From Rhynchopus sp. YZ270_cl-10 (lineage: Eukaryota): a stretch of 64,000 bases of DNA. Shown piece by piece: positions 34,610 through 46,541 of the stretch (position 1 is the stretch's first letter; every line of letters begins with the position of its first letter). The position numbers and the translations under genes were made by a program. The stretch covers positions 1,674,001-1,738,000 of the forward strand of contig OZ037846.1 of assembly GCA_964035575.1 (NCBI GenBank), written 5' to 3'. Below the pieces are notes generated by a model. It was not told the DNA's origin. It searched no databases and was given only the letters and a program-made list of their open reading frames with translations.

Positions 34610-37399
34610 ATGTACAGCATTTCGCTGCGGCTTGTGGTAGTGGTGCTTCTGCTGCTCGTCTCTGGCGGGCTGGTGGCGATTGTGATGGTTGGTGGGCAGA
34701 ACGCGATTGACGGTGTCGAGGATGTGTGCAGAAACCTGCGTATCAAAGTGTCGGACAGCGTGACGGCAGAAGTTGTGCAGATCATGACGATCCCGTTCAC
34801 GGGGATGGAGCGTGCGGTTGCGCTGACCGAGACGGGTGCCTTCAATGCTGAACGTTGGGATGCGCGCGACCACTACATAAAGGACAGCTTGGACCACATG
34901 GTATACCACTTTCAGCTCATCGCACGGACGAAGGGCTGGGGCAGCAACCTGTACATCTCAAATGATTACGGCAGTATACTTGTGTGGTACTCCTCTGGCA
35001 TGATCGGTTCGAGCCCGCCGTTGGACCAGGTAATTGAAGGGAACCCTACGTGGACGGCTCCGTGCAGGTATCAGTCGAACTGCACACACCCGTCAAACGC
35101 AGCGAACCACAAATACTGTGTGAACCAGTCTGACCCGTTTGCAGAGTACGGCAGTGTCTGGCCTGAGTGGGCTTCTGGGAAGGGGCAGCAGAAAAGCCTT
35201 GGTGCGTACTACACGCAGGCGGACCCGTCGTGGGCGACGTGGGCTGTGCCGCAGCACCCCACGTCGGGATCGCCCACGCACTGCCGTCCAGGGGCGCAGG
35301 GTGCGAAGTTTGTGTGCCCCGATGGATCGGGCTGTCCTGAGACGAACTTCACGTACCACAGCATCGATGCGCTGGGGGGCACAACGCCGCTGCGAGGCTT
35401 CCAACACTTCGACCCAAGGATGCGGTGGTGGTACGGTGACACGAAGGCGCTGCCGCCGCAGACAAAGTACTACAATGCCGTGAAGCTGTGCCTCACGACA
35501 CTCACACCATGCCTGACCGCGTCGATGCCGCTGCACGTGGAGGTGCCCTCTGTGGGTGCTGTGGTGCGCACACAGGACGGCCGTCTTGGGAGTGTGCTGC
35601 GCTACGTGCACACCGTGGAGGAAATGCACACACCAGTGGTGGCGATGGAGGGTGGTGAAGAGGTGTGGGGACGGAGGAAGCTGTCTCTGGCGTGCAACAG
35701 CAGTGCTGAGTGCGAGCCCATGCAGATACCAGTGGCGCCACAGACAACTACGTGGAAGTTCTATGGTGTGATTGCATCCGACTACTTTTCGAAGGCACTG
35801 GCAGACATTGGGTTTTCGTTCAAGGTGTCGAAGACGGGTGGCGTGTTCATCGGTGACTACACACCAGAGGCGAAGCTGTTGACGTCTGGCTTCCCGTGTC
35901 CGTCAACGTATGTACCGAACGTCGATAAAATGAACTGCTTCATCCGCACTGTGGACGGGAAGACTGACCTCGTGAGCGCCTTCGACCCCTACGCCGGCGA
36001 CGTTGTGTCCGGTGTGATGAAGGAGCTCTTCCACCCAGTGCAGGTGGGTGGTGTGTGGCAGTCGGCAGAGCACATGGGGGTGACGGCGGACCTGGATGAG
36101 ACTGTGTCGTTTGGCGGGTCGGACTACTGGGTGCGTTTTGTGCCGCTGTCGCCACGCATGGGGGATATCACGAACCTGAACTGGTTTGTGTGTGTTGTGA
36201 TCCCACAGGATGACTACCTTGAGGACATCAAGAAGAACCAGATGGTGACGCTGATTGTGTCGCTGTGCCTGGTGGCCGTGGTGCTTGCTATGCTGTTGGG
36301 GATGACGCTTCTGTTTGTGGTGCGTCCTGTGATGTTGCTGTTGGCAGACTTCGACAAGGCGTCTGTTATGGAATTGGAAAGCATTGAGGAGCGCAGTGGT
36401 GGTGTTGTGAGCGAGTTTGCAACACTGCAGCAGACGTTCAACAAGGTTGTCCATAACCTGCGTCTGTACCGTCCGTTTTTGCCGCACGGCTGCTTCGGTG
36501 GCGCAGCACCGGACGTGCAAGAGGACGAGACCGTGGAAAGCACGCTCTCCACTCGCCATGACGGTACGTCCATGTCTGAGCGCAGCTCTGGTGCTGTAAG
36601 CGACAGTATCGGGATGCAGAAGGCGGGCCTCGCGTGCCACATGGCGTCGCACCTGAGGCGCAACATCGTGACAGTGGTGTCTGCCTCCATCGACGGCTTC
36701 CACGCACTCGTGCGCGAGGGAAGTTCAGAGCGTGTGCGCGCACTGCACGCTGATCTGCTCACACGGATGCTCTGTGCTGCTGGGCGACGCTGTTCGGCAG
36801 AGCCGTTCACAGGCGACCGGATGCGCTTCACGTGGAACTCGCTCGCAACGTGCCGCAACAGCACAGCACCGTTCATTGCTGCGTGCCAGCTGGCGGATGT
36901 GAGCGTGGACGGGGGTCACCCTATGCTCGTGGGCGTGGCCAAGGGCGAGGCGCTGTGCGGGACGATGGGCACAGACTCGATGAAGAACTTCTGCGTGGTC
37001 GGTTCCTGCCACTCACGCAGCCTACTGGTCATGGCGCTGAGCAGTCACTACGGCACACCACGACGCATTCTTGTGGACAACGACAGTGCGATGTGTCTGT
37101 CTGAGTCGGAGTACGAAGTCAGTTTTGTGGAAGCCGTGCGACTCAGTGCAGGTATCTCTGAGGATGACGACCGCACGTTGCTGTGGACGATCAAGCGCCG
37201 CGAGTGTGCGAAAGAGGAGTGGATGTACATGATCAGCGCGGGTCTCACAGACAGGGAAGAGTGGCTCATGTTCCTCTCGGGCCGCCACCCGGAGCACCAC
37301 TACGAGAACGAGCGCATCTTACACCTGCAGGGGAAGGGTGTGAACGGTGGTGAGTACTGTGGACAGGCGCCTCACATAGGTGTCCTCGAGGCACTGTGA
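34610..37399 (+). CDS. Receptor-type nucleotidyl cyclase-like protein: TM, extracellular Cache-like sensor, TM, HAMP-like linker, degenerate class III cyclase, EEWMY motif
   Basis: N-terminal TM. Cache-like motifs FDPRMRWWY and FYGVIASD. Second TM, then LRLYRPFLP linker. Cyclase-like SIDGF, FTGD, G.MG motifs. Confidence 0.85.
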   Translation: MYSISLRLVVVVLLLLVSGGLVAIVMVGGQNAIDGVEDVCRNLRIKVSDSVTAEVVQIMTIPFTGMERAVALTETGAFNAERWDARDHYIKDSLDHMVYHFQLIARTKGWGSNLYISNDYGSILVWYSSGMIGSSPPLDQVIEGNPTWTAPCRYQSNCTHPSNAANHKYCVNQSDPFAEYGSVWPEWASGKGQQKSLGAYYTQADPSWATWAVPQHPTSGSPTHCRPGAQGAKFVCPDGSGCPETNFTYHSIDALGGTTPLRGFQHFDPRMRWWYGDTKALPPQTKYYNAVKLCLTTLTPCLTASMPLHVEVPSVGAVVRTQDGRLGSVLRYVHTVEEMHTPVVAMEGGEEVWGRRKLSLACNSSAECEPMQIPVAPQTTTWKFYGVIASDYFSKALADIGFSFKVSKTGGVFIGDYTPEAKLLTSGFPCPSTYVPNVDKMNCFIRTVDGKTDLVSAFDPYAGDVVSGVMKELFHPVQVGGVWQSAEHMGVTADLDETVSFGGSDYWVRFVPLSPRMGDITNLNWFVCVVIPQDDYLEDIKKNQMVTLIVSLCLVAVVLAMLLGMTLLFVVRPVMLLLADFDKASVMELESIEERSGGVVSEFATLQQTFNKVVHNLRLYRPFLPHGCFGGAAPDVQEDETVESTLSTRHDGTSMSERSSGAVSDSIGMQKAGLACHMASHLRRNIVTVVSASIDGFHALVREGSSERVRALHADLLTRMLCAAGRRCSAEPFTGDRMRFTWNSLATCRNSTAPFIAACQLADVSVDGGHPMLVGVAKGEALCGTMGTDSMKNFCVVGSCHSRSLLVMALSSHYGTPRRILVDNDSAMCLSESEYEVSFVEAVRLSAGISEDDDRTLLWTIKRRECAKEEWMYMISAGLTDREEWLMFLSGRHPEHHYENERILHLQGKGVNGGEYCGQAPHIGVLEAL

Positions 37400-38277
37400 T
37401 CACCTGCATATAGGCGGCGGGGTAGGGGTGGGTGGGTGGGTGGGTGGGTGGGTGGGTTATGGTAACACTGGACGTTGTGTGTGCAATACTTTTTTCATTT
37501 GCCCTTGTCAAGTTAAAGGACTGATTCTGATAGCAGTGCCCTGTGCACTCTGTGTTGCCACAAAGGCTCACCAGCCCGCCTCTGACACATATTTCCTTGA
37601 AAAGCTTCACAAAAAAGCACTCAACGAAAAGCAGCATTTTTTTTTTGTCTCGGCGGGTTTTTAGTTCCTGACTTGTGAGTCGATGTTTTTGTTCCCCGTG
37701 TCTCGGTACTTGAATGCCCTCTTTCACGTCAATAATATTTGAACAAAGGTCTTCTCGCACTTCATTTGAAACCACAAATACACGTGTACACACCTTTCCA
37801 TATGTTTATCAGAATCGTGTAATTATATGATCATGTGATGAGTAAATGGCAGTATCGACAAAAATGCTGCCGTGGTCTAATCTCCACAGGATGGGATGTT
37901 TGTGAAGACAGCGCTTTTAGGGTAACTTTCTTTTACGTTTTTTTTGGTCACTATTTGGTATTGTTTGATGCGGTTCTTCTGTTTTGTTTTGTTCTCTGTG
38001 GTTTTGAGTGTTCTGCACAACCTTGGAGCGTTGGAGCCACGTTTTCTGACGTTGCCACTTTTGTGACTTCATTGTTCCGAACTCTTTGCTCCGTTCTCTT
38101 TTGGAACATCCACGCGCAGGGTGGTTGCGTCGTTGCTTTCGGATCGATATCTGCTTTCCTTATCAGTAAGTGCACCCTCATACCCTCTGCTTTTTCCCAA
38201 TTCTTTTGTTCAGCTGCTTTTCATGCCGTTCACATCCACACCCAACAGGATTACTTCACAACCAAGAGACAGCAACC

Positions 38278-39315
38278 ATGAGGTCCGTGTGTGTGCTGTT
38301 ATTGGCCCTCTCACTCAGCAGAGGTGCCACTGCGGGTTTGCAGTGTGCCTCGCAGCAGTCGTGATGCAGTGCCTTCACGTCGTCTCCAGCACCACCTATC
38401 CTTGCGTCTTGCCGAGAGGTCAATGACATACACTGCGCGAATCGGCTGCATAACTGGCAGGTGACTGAGGAAGTGATTGGAAATGAGGAAGTGATGAAGC
38501 TGGGTGGCGATCTGCAGCGTGATGCAGAAGGCATGTTGGACAGGTGTTGCGTGTCGCAGCAGAGAAGCGCAGGGAGACGCAACTGTGCAGGGAGCTGCAG
38601 CGTTTGCGAGAACTCAAGGGCGGAAAGCTCCGAGGAGATGCACTCGCACGGTCTGTGGGGGACATGACACTTCAGCCCTTTGACCGGAAGTACCGGCAGC
38701 ACACTCTCGCTCACCAGACCACTGCGCTTCTTTGCAGACTACGTCGTACTTCAAGCCCTCTTGCAAGACCAGGCAACTGCTGAATACTCCGTATGGGATT
38801 GCACAGTCGATCAGTACGTTCTCAAAATGCAGACGCAGCGCAAACGTGACTGCCAACGGGAATATTCGAAGGAGGAAGACGTTCGCAACGAGCAGAAGAA
38901 CGGCGACATCCTGGGAAAGGGAATTGTCACAGGCATCAGCATCACCGGGGTGGTGCGTGCGTACGTGCCTCAGACCGGCGCCCTCGTTTCTTCAACAGTT
39001 GAGCGGGTTGGTGGTGGCGACGAGCCTGTCCACCCTTTCCACACAACAGTTTCCTCGAAGCTCCTCCTTGGCAACATGAAGACGTACATGAGGCACAAGG
39101 CGTCGTACATTGTTCCCTACGATCCTCCTGCACGAATGCACGCGGGCAAAGACGATGACGGGTGGACCACTGCGGGAAGGCCCGAACGCAGCCACAAACG
39201 CAAATCAGACTTCTCTCACAAGGGAATTAATCGTTCTGGGATGAAGGTCGCGTTCGGCACGACGTCACCGCGGAACGTACAAAGGAAGAGATCTGCGCTG
39301 AAGTCGCGGCGCTGA
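38278..39315 (+). pseudogene. Disrupted secreted-protein gene
   Basis: Signal peptide MRSVCVLLLALSLSRGATA followed by an early TGA. Coding-like sequence continues in overlapping frames to TGA 39313-39315. Confidence 0.5.
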
Positions 39316-39728
39316 GGAGGAACAGCAAGACTGACAACCTCAAGGGTTATCTTGGGGGTCAGACCAGGGGGTTGCACTCACGAGAAAGTTTTCTCTGGTG
39401 GCTTAGTAAGCCAGTGAGTATTTTTTTTTTTCAGGTACTAACACTTTCAATCCGTACATGTCTAGTTCCAAAACAGTGGGGAGGGAGGCAAAAAGGTGGC
39501 ATTCTCATGCAATCAATTTTTTCACGTGCGTCCTCTTACAAAAGACAAAAGACACTCCACCCCAGTACTTTCTTAATTCTGGACAATTCAGAATAGTTGT
39601 TCCGTTGCTTGTTACCCTCTTTTGCCTCCCATACTGCGAAACGGGCAGAGGACCCCAACCGGCACTTCCTCGACGTTGCATAGTGATATTGCGTTCCACA
39701 CACCTTCACCCTGCAGACACACACCACC

Positions 39729-42185
39729 ATGGAAATACGTAAGTTCAAACCAACATGCACAATCAATCTGACATGGCTGATTGCCATGGCGACAGCGTTC
39801 TCCACGTGTGCGTCGATTGCCGGCGGGCTGATCATGTACTTCGAGTCTGTCGCAGCACTGGAGAAGACGATTAAGGAGGTGTCTCGTGCTGATTGTTCTA
39901 GTGTCCAGCTGGACCTCTTGAAGAGCGTAGAGGAGGCAAAGTCCATTGTGTACAAGACTCAGAAGTTTTTGTATACGCCGGTGATCAAGTCCCGGGGTCC
40001 TATAGTGGCAGACGAAAATGGGTTCCTGAATGTCTCGAAGTCGGACAGTGCTGAATGGGTTGAACTGCTTCGGCGCTACAAGTTTGGCACGATCCGTCGC
40101 AGCAAGTACCTCTACTCTATCGGTGTTGTGTTGGTGCCTCACGTGTACACGGACTCGGCAGGCATCTACACGAATGTGTGGTACGATCTCACCGCGAGTG
40201 GGGGACGTGAATTTGTTTGGGCCCGCTCTGGGAACATGATTGAAGGAGCAAACAACATAAATCTGACAAAGGCACATGCAGACCATCTGGATGAGGAGTC
40301 TGGCGAGATTACTGCGTATGCATACAGCTTCGTCATCATATCACTGTACATGCAATACAGCAACTGGGATCCTAATGGGGCCAAAAACTTTAACTTCTCG
40401 AATTGGCCTGAAGGCTACGCGCCACCTGGCTGGTCGCAGGGCACCTCTGGCGCACAAATCCAGCGCTGGCGCGAGCCCCTCCCTTGGTACGCCTCTGACA
40501 ACAACCCTTACGTGTTCAACTCATTCGACGTTATCTTCGCACCCCCACCCCCACCACACCCGTGGTCGGCTTACAAGTACATCTACATCAGCGGCTTCTT
40601 CATCTTCACGGCTTGGGAGGAGGCCATGGCCCAGTACGGACTGGACCACCCGGGAACAGAAGTAATCGTCTTCGACGCGACCACCAACTACGTGTATGTA
40701 ACCTCAGACAACAGAGCGATGATCGACAAGTCGTGCGTCATGGCCGGGCGTACGCTGGACATCACGCTGGATAGCTGTGTTGTGACGATTTCGCACTTGC
40801 GTAAGGGACTGCAGGACGCGTGGCAGGAAGTCAAGGGCGAGGAAGATACCTTTCGCATCGCTGATCTCGACGGCGAGAAGCACTTCCTGCGCAGGGCACC
40901 CCTCTTCCGCTTCACGCCCGACGGAGGCAGAGGCGAGGGCGCTGCACCCATGAACGCCTGCATCCTCTGGGTGCGCCCGTACTCTTCTGTCGAGGGTGAG
41001 GTGAGGAACGCGCTGTACCTCCTGATCGGCTTCTCTGCCGCAGTGTTGCTCCTGGACGTGGTGCTTGCCGTGTGTGAGGTGCTTGTGGTCGGTGTGCCGC
41101 TGATAAAGCTCTCTGCTGCGATGACACACCTGCACGACATGGACCTCGTCAACGCGCTGCAGTGCACGGACGCCGCACGCACACAGGTCATTGCTGTCAC
41201 GCAGATCCGCAACGTGATCAACGGCCTTCTCTTCGCTGTGCGGAACCTTGAGCAGTACAAAGCGTTCCTCCCGTCGTCGCTCTTCCAGGCGGAGGACACC
41301 GCCGACGATGGGTCGAGCGAGCATTCCGACACAAAGAATACTGTCACCAGGACCGTCTCCAGCACACAGTCGCGCACAGCGTCCCGCAGCAGTGCCGCTG
41401 TGCGCACAGGGAACGTGACGCAGCTGCAGACTGCGTCTGCCAAGGGTGCGCTGCTTGCGGTGCGTGCTGTTGCTGAGGTGGGGCACGCGGAGTACACAAC
41501 ACTGATCGGATACCTGCAGGACGTTGTCTCAGCAAGGCGTGGGATGCTGCACGGTATCCAGGCTGTGGAGCACACTCTGTTCCACATCTCGTGGGGGCTG
41601 ACTGCACGCTGCCCACTGTCCTCCTGTGTGAAGTACGCAAGCGAAGTCGCCTCGTTGCTGCCGAATGCACCCACACGTGTGTCCTCTGCTATCGTGTCGG
41701 GCTCGTTCCATGTCGGCAACGTCGGGAACAGCACTCTGCGTGGTGTTGCTGTGTACGGTATTGAAACGTCAAAGTTAGCTGCCTTCCAAGCCTTTTCCGC
41801 ACACTGCATGGTGCTGTCCAAGGCAGAGTCGGTGACAGTACTCAGCAGAAGGACGGCTTCTGTTCTGGAGGGACAGTGCGTCTCCCACTACCTGTGCAAA
41901 TGCGACTCGGGTGACAGGATGTGCCAACTTGGTGCAGAAACCGCCCAGCAGAACGAGGAGTGGATGTACCAGCTGGACCGTGACCAGTCCACAAAGGACC
42001 CCGTACAGAGACTCGTAGAAGGTGAGATTGCCTTTGAGGATATGGCGAGACAGGACATGACGGAGCTGCAACAACTTCTCTTCAACTCAGCTGAAGACGT
42101 GAACATGGTGTGGTCTCTCACAGCAGGAAGGCTTGGCCCAGTCAGTGTTGTCTCACCTGGTAAGACAGTAGTGGACAGTGTTTAA
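39729..42185 (+). CDS. Receptor-type nucleotidyl cyclase-like protein (same family as 34610), highly degenerate cyclase domain
   Basis: ATG follows CTGCAG + CA-rich leader. Two TM segments around an extracellular domain. LEQYKAFLP linker, G.FHVGNVG...VYG, EEWMY. Confidence 0.85.
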   Translation: MEIRKFKPTCTINLTWLIAMATAFSTCASIAGGLIMYFESVAALEKTIKEVSRADCSSVQLDLLKSVEEAKSIVYKTQKFLYTPVIKSRGPIVADENGFLNVSKSDSAEWVELLRRYKFGTIRRSKYLYSIGVVLVPHVYTDSAGIYTNVWYDLTASGGREFVWARSGNMIEGANNINLTKAHADHLDEESGEITAYAYSFVIISLYMQYSNWDPNGAKNFNFSNWPEGYAPPGWSQGTSGAQIQRWREPLPWYASDNNPYVFNSFDVIFAPPPPPHPWSAYKYIYISGFFIFTAWEEAMAQYGLDHPGTEVIVFDATTNYVYVTSDNRAMIDKSCVMAGRTLDITLDSCVVTISHLRKGLQDAWQEVKGEEDTFRIADLDGEKHFLRRAPLFRFTPDGGRGEGAAPMNACILWVRPYSSVEGEVRNALYLLIGFSAAVLLLDVVLAVCEVLVVGVPLIKLSAAMTHLHDMDLVNALQCTDAARTQVIAVTQIRNVINGLLFAVRNLEQYKAFLPSSLFQAEDTADDGSSEHSDTKNTVTRTVSSTQSRTASRSSAAVRTGNVTQLQTASAKGALLAVRAVAEVGHAEYTTLIGYLQDVVSARRGMLHGIQAVEHTLFHISWGLTARCPLSSCVKYASEVASLLPNAPTRVSSAIVSGSFHVGNVGNSTLRGVAVYGIETSKLAAFQAFSAHCMVLSKAESVTVLSRRTASVLEGQCVSHYLCKCDSGDRMCQLGAETAQQNEEWMYQLDRDQSTKDPVQRLVEGEIAFEDMARQDMTELQQLLFNSAEDVNMVWSLTAGRLGPVSVVSPGKTVVDSV

Positions 42186-43013
42186 TTGAATTATTTTTGA
42201 GGGCAGACCCACCAGGGTTTTTTTCTTATTCTGGTGCCCCCTTAGACTAGTGTTACACAAGGATTTGCGGGTTTGCAATGTGGTGCGTAGTTGGAATTGG
42301 CAGAATTAATTTCTTGAAATTAATGTTTATTTTCTTCTTCTTCTTTCTGCCGACGATATTACTCATTGCACATTATTTTCTGGGGTTAACTTCTCTTACC
42401 CAACTCCCTGGGACCCATTCATCTTCAAAAGTGTATTAACGAGAACTTTTTTGGGTTTTTGGGTACCCAAACCTGGGTATGTGGGTCCACATGGGTCCAA
42501 ATCAGGTGGCAATAAAGAGAAGGACCCTTTTTTTATGGCAAATAAAACGCGAAGGGGGCTTCCTAAAACATTTTAAAAAGTGCAAAAGGGGCGCAATATT
42601 ACGGTGGCGCCATATTACAGGTGCGCAACATTATGGGTAAAAATTGGATTTACCCATAATTATGCGCGCTCGTATTCGACGTACAGGCTTTTCCCTAACT
42701 TGGGGCGTTTTTGCAGAAATTTCGAAAAAGAAAGGCAAAAAAAAAGTGCAGCATTTTCCTGTGGTTTTTTTTCCGCCCAGAGGTCGTTTTGTTGCTTTTC
42801 CGAGCCAATCCCAGCTTGTGGTGGGGGATATACGGACAAAATTTTAGTGACTTAATTTTCGCAAATAATGAACCCATACTCGTAAACAAGGGTCATTTTC
42901 AGGAAAATTTGGAAAATTCAGACATTTGGAAGCAATTTTTTCCCTGAAAAAAACAGTGGGTTCAAAACATACCGCGATTGGCATTTCCGGAATGTGTGAA
43001 TAAAACACTCTAA

Positions 43014-44420
43014 CCCTTTACGGACCACGACCGATTTTTTCGATTTGCTAGGATCTTCTCTCCCGTAGGTAAAATGTGATCTGATGCATATTTTTGATCG
43101 TACCTGGCCGCAATTGAAAGATTTTGAGCAGATCTTTCAAATGGAGCAGAAATCGAAATAAAATGAGAAAAATGGAAAATGGAAAATTGAGGAGAGCTGA
43201 TATTTTTTTCTGAAAATTTTGAAGAAAAAAATTATTCCGGCTGCGCACCTGTTTTTTCGGTTTTCGAAAATGGCTTTATTTGAAAGATAGGTTCAAAATC
43301 TTTCAAAAGAAAAAAAAATCGATCAAAAAGTCCTAGTAGATAATGTCTCACTGCATGGAGAGAAGGTACCAACCAACTACATATACCGTAATTGTACAGA
43401 GGTTGGACAGTACAAAAGTTGGGGCTTTTGGGACTTTTGGCCAACTTGGCATGGTGCTGAACAAAGGTGAACGCCGCATCCCACGCACATGTAATCTGTT
43501 TTCAGACGCCTGTTTCCCAAGCAAGAAGAAGTTGTCGACCAACACCCTCCTGCCAGTGTCTCTGTACCTTGACCGTGTTGATATAGATTTTGTACCCCTC
43601 CCTGTGGCTTTCCGTACCCTCCCGCCGAAATTTCGAAGGGACCCTCCGAAAAAAATTTTTTTGGTCGCGAAAATCGGTCCAAAAACGGTCTAGATTGCCC
43701 CATGCGTGGCATTCCGGGCAATTTGAGGGCAATTTGGCGTGCAAGAGCCATGTGTGGGGCACCATGTGCCCCCATGCTGCACCCCTTATACAGGGTTTTT
43801 ACAGGCAAAAAATGAAAAACGACAGTCGGGCACAAAAAGCCACGGATCGGGGCACAAAGTTACATCCCACCCTCCCTTGGCCCTCGGGACTCCTTTCGGG
43901 AGGTCAGGGCTTCCCTCGGGCCTTCGGCCCTCGGGGAGCCCTGACCTCCCTCAAGGGTCCCTCGGGCTTTGGCGGGAGGGAGGGAAATAACCATTCTGTA
44001 CAATGTTCCTCAAAAGACAAAATGCAATAAATACACGGAGAAGAGGCACATCCAGTTCAGGGTCAGGAACTGCAACTACGCGTGTTACTTTGCCCAGTCG
44101 CGGGTATTTTCCATTATTTTAGTTTCGTTCTGAAGACCGTACAAAATGGTTCCCTGCACACCAAAGTTTGAATCCTCTGATGACTCAAGCGCGTCAGAAT
44201 GGTACATTATTCCCCAAAAATGACCCAAAATACCCTATTATGTGATAATGCCGGGTGTGGATGAGAGGGGATGAGAGCGTCAAAAAAAATCGAATCTTGC
44301 GTCTTTTGAAAGATTTCGCACAAAATCTTCTCATTTAAAAAAAAAATCTTCAAAAAGTCCTAGTGGAAGCCAATTTAGGTGGTTGCGTGGACATATATGT
44401 CCCCTCTGGTCCTTAAAGGG
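43014..44420 (-). mobile_element. piggyBac-derived deletion derivative with CTAA TSD and remnant C-terminal cysteine-rich domain
   Basis: TIRs CCCTTTACGGACCA / CCCTTTAAGGACCA (1 mismatch), CTAA on both flanks (43010-43013, 44421-44424). Minus-strand RRLKTDYMCVGCGVHLCSAPC at 43449-43511. Confidence 0.78.
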
Positions 44421-46541
44421 CTAAAGTTCTATTATTCTGAAATATGAGATTCAATGGTTCTCAAGGAAATCCTAGGCAAATTCCTTCGGTAAAAAAAGTG
44501 TGCATTTCCAAAATTTCAAATCCGCATTTTGGGAGGCAGATTTAGGGAAAAGCCTGCGACCGTAATATAGGGTGTCCTGGGGCACCACACTAACACCCAC
44601 TTCACATACTTTCACCCCAGTTCACCCCATTTTACCGCATTACACACCATTACACCCCATTACACATGAATTACGCCGTGCCCAAGACACCCCATAATTA
44701 CTTGTTTTTTTGGTGGTTGCGATTTTTTGTGATTTTTTATTTATCCTGATACAGATCTCAAAGTAAATACAGGGAGCAACAGTATTGTGATGTACCATTG
44801 GTAAATTTCATTAAGATACAGGTGAGTGACGACACTTCCCCTTTTGCCAGTTGTGTGCACATTTTTAGCCTCCTGACTCCATATTTTAGGAGCTTGGAGG
44901 TACTGTACATGCTCCGTTCCCTAACAGGAAAGCCGTTTTATGACTTTCTGGTCAACATAATCCCAACCCTCTACCCCCTTATTTTCGAGCGTGCCGTGCG
45001 ACCCAGAAGTTTTTGTTTGATTATACTCGGCCGAAGTCGCGGACGATTTTCCCGATTTTTTGCCAGAATATAGAATATGCACAGCCATCGATTTCAAACC
45101 AATTTCGTTCCGGGGACAAAATATATTTTCTGGCTCAGCTCGTCCGATCTTTCGAATAAAGCTGGTTTCGATTTGAAGAATATTACCCCGAGGGGCGAGT
45201 GGGTGTCTTCGAGGTCTCTACGTGTAACAACCATCATGCTAAGTGTGTTTAGGCAAACCCGTAAACACTTGGCCCCCTTCACCTTACACTGATGTTGGTT
45301 TACGGGTTGACCCATAACTTTCTCGTTTCGGCAAATTGACCCCACCGCAGCGGACAGATTGTAGAAATGCCAACATGCTTTGGGTCTGAAAACCCACCGT
45401 GTTTTTTTCCAGGAAACATTTTACTTCCGGAGCGTCGGAATTTTCCGGCAACAAAATTAACAGTGACCTTGCCCTGTCCAGTTTGATGTGGAACAAAAAT
45501 AGTCGAGCCTTGGGCGTAAGTTGCAAAATCAAAATTTTATGGATAACATTATCCCCCTGACCCCACCCCTTTTTCTGAAACCTTGGGTGGAACATATTGA
45601 CCAGAAAGTCGTTCCCTGACGGAATGGTAATTTATTTTTCGAAGAGAGAAAAAAAAATACATAATATTATGGCTCCCTATTATTCTGGGGGAGAATAACA
45701 CCCACTTTCACATACTTTCATCCCATTTCATCCCATTACACCGCATTACACATGAATTACGCCGTGCCGGGATACCCCATATTCATGAGAAATCTGGAAA
45801 ATAAAGCCACGACAGTCCAATTCCCGTCTTCTTCCGAGGATGTTATACACCCCCCCAATAGTCGCCCCATGCATCACTGCTGTGTGCAGCGAAGTTGTCC
45901 GATTGATCTTTGGGTCGACGCTCAACACTCCAGCGAAACAGAGAATACACGGTGGACTGCTCATGGTGTGTCATGACGACCAGTACTTTGACCGGTTCAT
46001 CTGAGAAAATGTACTGGTTGTTTTTTTTTGTACTGACAGTCGTGGTTATTGACGAGTCCACCCGGTCAACCTGATACAATGTACTGGTCGTTCAGTGCGT
46101 ACAAATGTTCTGCGTGCTGGACTGTTGATTTTGAAATGAAATAGGCATGAACCAAGCAGCCGTATTGAACATTGCAACCTTGTTTTTTTTGTTTTTTTTG
46201 TTTTTTTGTTTATTCCTACAACCACCATTGTTGTGTACACTCTTGTGCTCTCCGCACTTCAAACACAACACATGTTTGCAAAGAACGTGTTGCTCTCCCT
46301 TAGCTCCACTTTTGTGCCTCATGGGTATCCCATTACCAAAAGCCAAAAATCAAAAAAACCCATAAAAACCCACCACCTTTCATCACTCCTTTACAGTCAC
46401 GGCATCCATCAGCCCTTACTAAGGGATATGAGCTCCACCTCTTAATTTTTTAAGCCCTTCATTTTGGATTCAGCTAAAATTATGGGCTTAATTTAAGGGC
46501 TTAGTTTCTTACTAAGAACTTACAAAGGAACAGAACCATAT

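Noticed and set aside
43617..43980. Nested MITE with CCCTCCCGCC ends inside the piggyBac relic
   Set aside because: Short, low-complexity inverted repeat with no matching TSD.
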